From Deltaproteobacteria bacterium (GTDB taxonomy: Bacteria > Myxococcota_A > Polyangia > Polyangiales > Ga0077539): a stretch of DNA of 64,000 nucleotides. Where the stretch lies: the NCBI GenBank assembly GCA_016218725.1, contig JACRDB010000064.1, positions 898 through 64,897 of the forward strand, read 5' to 3'. Below the pieces are notes generated by a model that had not been told where the DNA came from, ran no database searches, and was given only the letters and a program-made list of their open reading frames with translations. Shown here piece by piece: positions 57,895-64,000 of this stretch (its first letter is position 1; each line of letters begins with the position of its first letter). A program made the translations under genes and the position numbers.

Positions 57895-59412
57895 TCAGAG
57901 CCCCAGGGCGTCGTAGGCGCTGTTGTTGTTGATCAGCGTGGCCCGGCGCATCGCGGCGGGGCGGTTGGGGCTCCGCGCGGCCTCCTCGGTGGCCACCCTC
58001 CCGGCGGCGATGGAGCTCGACTGACGGGCCAGGGAGCCCTGCACGACCTCGTCGGTGAAGTGGTACTCCTGCTGGGCGCGCTGGATGGTCTGCTCGGCGG
58101 AGGCGAGCTCCGCCTGGGCGCGGGTGGCGTCGCCCTGGCGCAGCGCCTCGGTGGCCCGGAACTGCGCCTGGGTGGCCTCATAGGACACCACCATGGCCTG
58201 CACCCGCTGGTTCCCGCTGCCCTGGGCCGCGGAGCGGTCGCCGGTCACGTTCACCGTCAAGGGCACCTCGCGCACGCTGCGCCCGTGGGTGCCGGGGTCG
58301 TCGAACACCAACCTCGCGGTGCCCAGGGTGCGGGCCCCGACGGCCCCGGTGGGCACCCTCGCCCGGAGGAGCACCTCGCGGTGCTGGCCCCCGTGGAGGG
58401 TCCCGAGGGCCACGCGCACCTTGCCGTCCACGGTCTCCGTGCGCAGGCCCGGGGTGGCCTCCACCACCACGCCCGGCGAGGGCTCGAACTCCACCCAGGC
58501 GTTGGACGCCACGGTGTGCCCGAGGAGGTTCATCTCGCTCTGGAGGATCGCGGCCATCTGCGAGGGCTCCTCCAGGTGGTAGAGGCTCCCCGCAGAGCGC
58601 ACCGCCAGCGCCGCGAGGGTGCGCTCGTCGTAGTCCAGGCCGACGCCGATGGCGGTCACCTGGGCCCCGCTCTCGGTGCCCCGGGCGGCCAGGTCCCCGA
58701 GCTCCGCGGGGGACGACGGGCCGATGTTGGCCTGTCCGTCGGAGATCACCACCACGCGACGGATCGGGTGCGTGGCGGGGGCCTGGGCCATGGCGCCCTC
58801 TCCCGCCTGGAGGCCCGCGTACATGTTGGTGCCGCCCACGGCCACCATGCCCTGCAGGCGCTGCATGAGGAAGGGCCGGGAGTCCCGGCCCAGGACCGTC
58901 GGCCCGCTGAGCTGGCGGCACACGTCGGAGAAGGTGAACACCGAGGCGATGTCCCCGTCGCGCAGGGTCTCCAGGAAGCTCCCGGCGGCCATGCGGGCGC
59001 TGGCGATCTTTGCCCCGGACATGGACCCGGAGGTGTCCACCACGAGGGACACATCCATGGGCGCCCGGACCCCGGTGGCGGCCTGCGGGGCGTCCACCCA
59101 GAGGCCGAGCCAGGTGCTCCCGTCGCTGCCTGCCAGGAGCTGGGTCTGTACCGGCGAGGCCTGGAGCCAGCCGCCAGCCTGCGCGACCACGGGCGAGGGC
59201 GAGGGAAGCGGTCCGGCGACCACGACCGTCGGGGCGGGCGTCGGGGGCGTGGCGGGGGCCTCCGGTGCGCTCGGGGAGGGGGTCGCGGCCACGGCGACGA
59301 TGTGCGAGGCCGCGCCCGACGCGGCGATGGCGTGGCGCAGCGAGGAACCCGGGGCGCCCGTCGCGCAGCCCGAGAGCGCCCAGAGGAGTAGCCAGCCCGA
59401 GGTTCGATTCAT
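57895..59412 (-). CDS. VWA-domain lipoprotein (YfbK-like)
   Basis: Lipobox LSGC, MIDAS VVDTSGSMS, GGTNM, ISDGQANIG, IGVGLDYDE. Confidence 0.88.
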   Translation of the reverse strand: MNRTSGWLLLWALSGCATGAPGSSLRHAIAASGAASHIVAVAATPSPSAPEAPATPPTPAPTVVVAGPLPSPSPVVAQAGGWLQASPVQTQLLAGSDGSTWLGLWVDAPQAATGVRAPMDVSLVVDTSGSMSGAKIASARMAAGSFLETLRDGDIASVFTFSDVCRQLSGPTVLGRDSRPFLMQRLQGMVAVGGTNMYAGLQAGEGAMAQAPATHPIRRVVVISDGQANIGPSSPAELGDLAARGTESGAQVTAIGVGLDYDERTLAALAVRSAGSLYHLEEPSQMAAILQSEMNLLGHTVASNAWVEFEPSPGVVVEATPGLRTETVDGKVRVALGTLHGGQHREVLLRARVPTGAVGARTLGTARLVFDDPGTHGRSVREVPLTVNVTGDRSAAQGSGNQRVQAMVVSYEATQAQFRATEALRQGDATRAQAELASAEQTIQRAQQEYHFTDEVVQGSLARQSSSIAAGRVATEEAARSPNRPAAMRRATLINNNSAYDALGL

Positions 59413-59529
59413 GGGGTTCCTCCCGCCGGGTCTGGTCGGGGCCAAAGGGGGGACCCACCCGAGCGCTCCCGCGCCCTCAATACCGGCGTCAGGGCCCTTG
59501 GACGAGCGACGACCCCAAAGGGTCTCTCG

Positions 59530-60750
59530 CTAGAACGCCGGGCAACTGAAGCGCGACCAGGTCCAGCTCGCCGACGCGCAGGCCCGGTCCGTGGGCCCCC
59601 CGGAGGTCCCGCCGTGGCAGGTGCGCGAGTCTCCGCACCACCCGCAGGACGAGCGCGCCGCGCAGGCGTCACAGGTGGTGGAGCTGCCGCACGCATCGCC
59701 GCTCAGGGCCGTGCAGGAGCCCACGGTCCAGGACCACGTGGTGCACGTCCCCGTGGACGGCCCCGTGATGGTGCCTGTCCGGCAGGTCCCCGAGGCCCTG
59801 CACCAGCCGCAGCCCGAGCGTGCGGCGCAAGCCCCGCAGGTCGTGGACGACGCGCAGGGGTCCGGCGGCGTCACGGAGCAATCACTTCTGATGTACGCCC
59901 AGTCCGCGCCCGAGCACGTCCCCCCGGAGGCTCCGGAGAGCGAGCCGGGCATGCAACGGCTCGTCCGGCGACACCAGCCGCAGCCCCCCATCGGGGTGCA
60001 GGTGTCGCAGGTGGCGCCTCCTGTGCACGCCGCCGGGGCCGTGTCCGGTGGCGGCGTGGTATCCGGCGGAGGGGTGGTGTCCGGGGGCCGCGTGTCCGGG
60101 GGAGGGGTGGTGTCTGGCGGCGGAGCTGTGTCCCGCGCGGTGTCCATGGGCGGGGGCACATCCGTCGGCGGCGGGGCCGAGCAGTCCGTGCGGGTGTAGG
60201 CCCAGTTCGCCCCGGTGCAGCCCCCGGCGGTGTCTCCGGAGGAGGTCCCGGCCATGCAACGGTTGGTGGTGCGGCACCAGCCGCAGCCCGCCAGGGGGGT
60301 GCAGGTGTCGCATGTTCCGGCCCCGCAGGAGCCTCCCCCGTCGGGCGGCGGGGGCGGCGGGGGCGGCGGGGGCGAGCTGCCGTCGCGCCCGCTGTCTCCG
60401 CCACCGTCCGGGCCCCCGTCGGGTCCCGGCGGGGGCGGCGGCGGCGGAAAGGGTGGCGGGGGCGGAGGGCTCATGCCCACGTCCATTTCCACCGGCGGCG
60501 GCGGCGGCGGCGGCGAGAGCCCCGTGTCCTCCGGGGGCGTCACGATCTCCGGCGCCCCGCCGGTGTCCATTTCCATGGGGGCGCCGGAGTCCGGGTCCGT
60601 CTCCGGCAGCATGAAGCCCGAGTCGCCAGGGCCCCCCGTCTCCGGGAGGGGACCGAAGACGTCGTCCTCGCCAATAGGCTGCTGGCGGGCGCAAGCCCCC
60701 AGGAGCAACCAGACCGCTGCGGGAACCACGAGCCGCCGTCGGAAGGGCAT
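59530..60750 (-). CDS. Pro-rich lipoprotein with four PSI-like Cys repeats
   Basis: Lipobox LLGAC, poly-Pro linker, 4 copies of C-x4-5-C-x2-C-x5-CGWC-x5-C-x2-G. Confidence 0.8.
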   Translation of the reverse strand: MPFRRRLVVPAAVWLLLGACARQQPIGEDDVFGPLPETGGPGDSGFMLPETDPDSGAPMEMDTGGAPEIVTPPEDTGLSPPPPPPPVEMDVGMSPPPPPPFPPPPPPPGPDGGPDGGGDSGRDGSSPPPPPPPPPPDGGGSCGAGTCDTCTPLAGCGWCRTTNRCMAGTSSGDTAGGCTGANWAYTRTDCSAPPPTDVPPPMDTARDTAPPPDTTPPPDTRPPDTTPPPDTTPPPDTAPAACTGGATCDTCTPMGGCGWCRRTSRCMPGSLSGASGGTCSGADWAYIRSDCSVTPPDPCASSTTCGACAARSGCGWCRASGTCRTGTITGPSTGTCTTWSWTVGSCTALSGDACGSSTTCDACAARSSCGWCGDSRTCHGGTSGGPTDRACASASWTWSRFSCPAF

Positions 60751-60904
60751 CTTTGCTCCCGCCACAATGACGGCCCCGGCGCCACAACGCAAGGCCCCGG
60801 TACGCACATCTTGCTACAGGGGATGACAACACCCTGCCATGACGTATGTTACCTGCCATCACCACCCCTTTCCTCACGGCACCTTGCAGGAGGTCCACGA
60901 TCCC

Positions 60905-62560
60905 ATGAACCCCTTGGCCGGCTCGGTCGGATTTCTGTGCGTTTTCCTGTGGGGGGCCGCTGGCTGGGCCCGGGACATCACCATGAACCCCGGGGACAAC
61001 ATCCGGGACGTGATGCGCACGGCGGCCCCCGGAGACCGGGTGCTCATGCGGGCCGGGACCTACCCCGGGGGGGGCTTCATCGGCGCTCGGGGCACGGCCT
61101 CGGCGCCCATCACCGTGCTCTCCGTGGACGGCCCCCGGAGGGCCGTGCTCCAGGGCGGGACCGAGACCCTGCGCATCGGGGACGGGGCCTCGTACCTGAT
61201 CTTCGACGGGCTTGAGGTGCGCAACAGCGGCGACAACACCATTCACATCGACTCCGGAGCCCACCACATCTGGCTGCGCAACCTCTACGCCCACGACGCG
61301 GGCTTCAACGGCGACGTGCTCAAGGCCAACCAGGCCGCGAGCATCTTCGTCGAGGGCGGCGAGTACGCCCGCGGCGGCCGGCGCCCGGGGAGCGACAACC
61401 CCTACCAGGAGTGCATTGACTTCGTGGACATCAACGAGGGCGCCGTGAGGGACGCCTACATCCACGACAACGGCTCGTCGCTCATGTACGCCAAGGGCGC
61501 CTCGCGGAACATCATCTTCGAGCGGAACGTGATCGCCGACCAGCGGGCCGGGGCCAGCGAGCCCATGGCCGGCCTCGGCGGCGCCACGGACCGGGAGCTC
61601 CTCCGGGGGATGCAGTTCGAGGTGTTCAACATCATCTTCCGGAACAACATCGTCATCGGCGGCAACCAGGGCGCCCTGGGCGTCTATGACGGGCAGGGCG
61701 TGTACATCGCCAACAACCTCTTCGTGAACAACGACCGGGTGCTCATCGAGTTCCGGGCGGGGGAGGCCCCCGCCGCCCGCAGCGAGAACGTCCGGGTGGT
61801 GAACAACATCTTCCTGGACACCCGCGGGCGCATGCCCGAGCCGTACCGCCGGTCGTCGCACGGGCTCATGAATTTCACCACCTCGCACAACCTCTTCTGG
61901 AACAACGGCGCCGCCATTCCGGGCTCCTCGGTGGTCTCCCTCACCGCCCAGCCCGGGCACCTGGTCATGGACCCGGGAGTGCCGGCCCTCTCCGGGGACC
62001 GGGCGGCGGTGCTGGCCGCCGGGAGACCCCGCTCCATGGCCGCCGCAGGGAGCGGGATGGACGCCTCCGGGGCGCCGTTCTTCGTGACCGACGACGTCCT
62101 CCGGGCCCCCCGCGGGGGACGCCTGGACCGCGGCCCCTTCACCCTCGGGGGGACAGTGCCCCCCACGGATGGGGGCGGCCCGGACGTCATCGTCCCCGAC
62201 GTGCCCGTGAGCGACACCGGGGTGCGGGACACCGGCACGCCCCCGCGGGACACGGGCACGGCTCCCCGGGACACGGGCACCGCCCAGGACACCGCTCCCC
62301 CCCAGGATTCGGGCGCGGATACCTCGGTACCCACGGACTCGATGCCCACCACCGACACCGACGACGGCGGCCTCCCCACCACGGACGCGCCCGACGACGG
62401 GTCGGACTCGGGGCTCTTCGAAGACCCCGTCGGGTCCACCGCGCCGGGGTGCGGTTGCCGGGTCCCGGGAGGGAGGACACCGGGGGGCCTCGGGGTGGCC
62501 CTCGGGGCCCTGGCGGCCTTCGGAGGGCGGAGGCGCCCTCGCCGCCGGGCGGGGGTCTAG
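60905..62560 (+). CDS. Right-handed beta-helix protein with MYXO-CTERM sorting signal
   Basis: Signal peptide, parallel beta-helix repeats (IIFRNNIV, YIANNLF, VVNNIF), DTG linker, C-terminal GCGCRV...hydrophobic...RRR. Confidence 0.85.
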   Translation: MNPLAGSVGFLCVFLWGAAGWARDITMNPGDNIRDVMRTAAPGDRVLMRAGTYPGGGFIGARGTASAPITVLSVDGPRRAVLQGGTETLRIGDGASYLIFDGLEVRNSGDNTIHIDSGAHHIWLRNLYAHDAGFNGDVLKANQAASIFVEGGEYARGGRRPGSDNPYQECIDFVDINEGAVRDAYIHDNGSSLMYAKGASRNIIFERNVIADQRAGASEPMAGLGGATDRELLRGMQFEVFNIIFRNNIVIGGNQGALGVYDGQGVYIANNLFVNNDRVLIEFRAGEAPAARSENVRVVNNIFLDTRGRMPEPYRRSSHGLMNFTTSHNLFWNNGAAIPGSSVVSLTAQPGHLVMDPGVPALSGDRAAVLAAGRPRSMAAAGSGMDASGAPFFVTDDVLRAPRGGRLDRGPFTLGGTVPPTDGGGPDVIVPDVPVSDTGVRDTGTPPRDTGTAPRDTGTAQDTAPPQDSGADTSVPTDSMPTTDTDDGGLPTTDAPDDGSDSGLFEDPVGSTAPGCGCRVPGGRTPGGLGVALGALAAFGGRRRPRRRAGV

Positions 62561-62575
62561 GGTACGCTACCGCCC

Positions 62576-63406
62576 ATGATGCTCCTGCGATCCATTTTTC
62601 GTCGCGCGCGGAGGGCCACGGCGGCCCTGGCGGCGCTCACCGTGGGCTGCCAGGGATGCCACAAGCCCGAGCCCCCGGCGCCAATCAACATGGCCACCCG
62701 TCACCCGGTCGCCACCAACCACGGGGTGGTGGGCGTCGAGGGCGTCGCGGCCTTCGGGACGCTCACGCCCCCGGAGCTGGAGCGGCTCCGAGCCGCCAAG
62801 GTGTTCTGGGGCCACCAGTCCGTCGGGCGCGACCTGATGGGCGGCACCCGCGCCCTGGGCTTCCCCTTTGAGACCGTCACCGGCCCCGGGGACTACGCCA
62901 GGGTGGTCCGCGGCGAGGCCGCCATCGCCGACAACCGCGACCCCGAGCGCAAGATCCGCTCCTTTCGGGAGCTGTTCCTGAACCGCAACATCGGCTCCGC
63001 CGTGGAGGTCGCCGCCTTCAAGTTCTGCTGGATTGACTTCAACAGCGACACGGACCTGGACGCCCTGGAGCAGCACTACGCCCAGGCCGTGGACGAGGCC
63101 CACCGGCGGTTCCCCGCGGTGCGCTTCTTCCACGTGACCCCGCCCCTTACCAGCGACGAGGTGCGCGAGAATCGTATCCGCCTCGCGTTTGGACAACGGC
63201 TCCGCAACCGCTACGCCGGCCAGGCCATCGTCTACGACCTGGCGGAGCTCCAGAGCACCCACGACGACGGCTCCCGCTGCGTCCGCGACGGCGGCGCCGT
63301 CCTCTGCGACGAGTACCGCTCGGACGAGGGCCACTTCAACGACCAGGGCGCCCAGCGCGCCGCCCGGGCCTTCCTCTTCGCCATCGCCCGGTCCCTGACC
63401 CCCTGA
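62576..63406 (+). CDS. Hypothetical lipoprotein, possibly SGNH/GDSL-like fold
   Basis: Tat/lipoprotein-like N-terminus; FWGHQSVG, FKFCWIDF and DEGHFN resemble SGNH blocks. Confidence 0.65.
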   Translation: MMLLRSIFRRARRATAALAALTVGCQGCHKPEPPAPINMATRHPVATNHGVVGVEGVAAFGTLTPPELERLRAAKVFWGHQSVGRDLMGGTRALGFPFETVTGPGDYARVVRGEAAIADNRDPERKIRSFRELFLNRNIGSAVEVAAFKFCWIDFNSDTDLDALEQHYAQAVDEAHRRFPAVRFFHVTPPLTSDEVRENRIRLAFGQRLRNRYAGQAIVYDLAELQSTHDDGSRCVRDGGAVLCDEYRSDEGHFNDQGAQRAARAFLFAIARSLTP

Positions 63407-63479
63407 CCGCGGATTTCCTCGCCAGGCAAGCAACCTCCCCCGGGCTCGACGCGATACCCGTCTCAGCAAGGAGACGCCC

Positions 63480-63938
63480 ATGTCCATCGAGCGCACCGAC
63501 CCCGTCCGTGTCACTGTCCAGACCACCCAGCCCCGGATGACCGCCCCCCCGGCGTCGCGCCAGTTCGCGGAGTACCTCACCCGCAACGGCGCGGCCCTGG
63601 TCACCGGGGCCCTCCACACCCTCACCAATCTCCCCGGTGGAGAGCTGGTCACCGCCGCCGTGCGTGGCCCCGGTGTGGGTGGGGCGACCACCACCACCGG
63701 CACCGCCCCACCCTTGACCAGCCTCCGCCCCGAGGGCCCCGGCGGTGGGACCACGGAGACCCCCGGGGCGGGGGGCACCAGCCCGGCGGACCTCCTGAAC
63801 CGCAGCCAGGAGCTGTCGGCCTACTACCTCCAGCTCCAGGAGAGCATCGGGCAGGAGAACCGGCGCTACACGGCCCTCTCGAACGTGCTCCACGTCCGCC
63901 ACGAGAGCGCCAAGAACGCGATCTCCAACGTGCGTTGA
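63480..63938 (+). CDS. Hypothetical protein with a T3SS needle (SctF)-like C-terminal helix
   Basis: RBS AAGGAG. C-terminus YLQLQESIGQENRRYTALSNVLHVRHESAKNAISNVR. Confidence 0.75.
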   Translation: MSIERTDPVRVTVQTTQPRMTAPPASRQFAEYLTRNGAALVTGALHTLTNLPGGELVTAAVRGPGVGGATTTTGTAPPLTSLRPEGPGGGTTETPGAGGTSPADLLNRSQELSAYYLQLQESIGQENRRYTALSNVLHVRHESAKNAISNVR

Positions 63939-64000
63939 TTGTCGCCTGCGCGGGTGTAGGCTTGAAGCGGTTGGCTTGAGGTGAAGGAGCCTCGCGCATG

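Overview
Very GC-rich, gene-dense bacterial chromosome segment. The gene content (MYXO-CTERM protein, many Cys-rich lipoproteins with DT/DA linkers, two sigma-54 activators) points to a myxobacterium (Myxococcota, probably Polyangia-like); this is an inference. Housekeeping genes: purHD, proC/proBA, a DinG/YoaA helicase, a family-4 uracil-DNA glycosylase, a YcaQ-like glycosylase and a PP2C phosphatase. Envelope genes: an alpha-2-macroglobulin/pbpC pair and numerous surface lipoproteins. A four-gene ALDH-amine oxidase-amidase-metallohydrolase operon is also present. I recognised no rRNA, tRNA, CRISPR array, transposase or integrase. The most notable observations are: (1) an operon encoding an MBL phosphodiesterase-like enzyme and a sigma-54 activator with a cNMP-type GAF domain, preceded by its own candidate sigma-54 promoter and IHF site; (2) a palindromic element inserted in frame inside the UDG gene; (3) a 34-bp direct-repeat-flanked cassette that duplicated a LysR operator and carries a truncated PD-(D/E)xK nuclease; (4) a 159-bp MITE with a TGA target duplication; (5) a protein whose C-terminus resembles a T3SS needle subunit; (6) a YG-motif lipoprotein that may be a radical-SAM splicease substrate; (7) an alpha-2-macroglobulin lacking the thioester motif; and (8) a lipoprotein with eukaryote-like PSI repeats. 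Family calls come from motif recognition only; no searches were run. Several start codons were re-chosen by hand from the ORF track.
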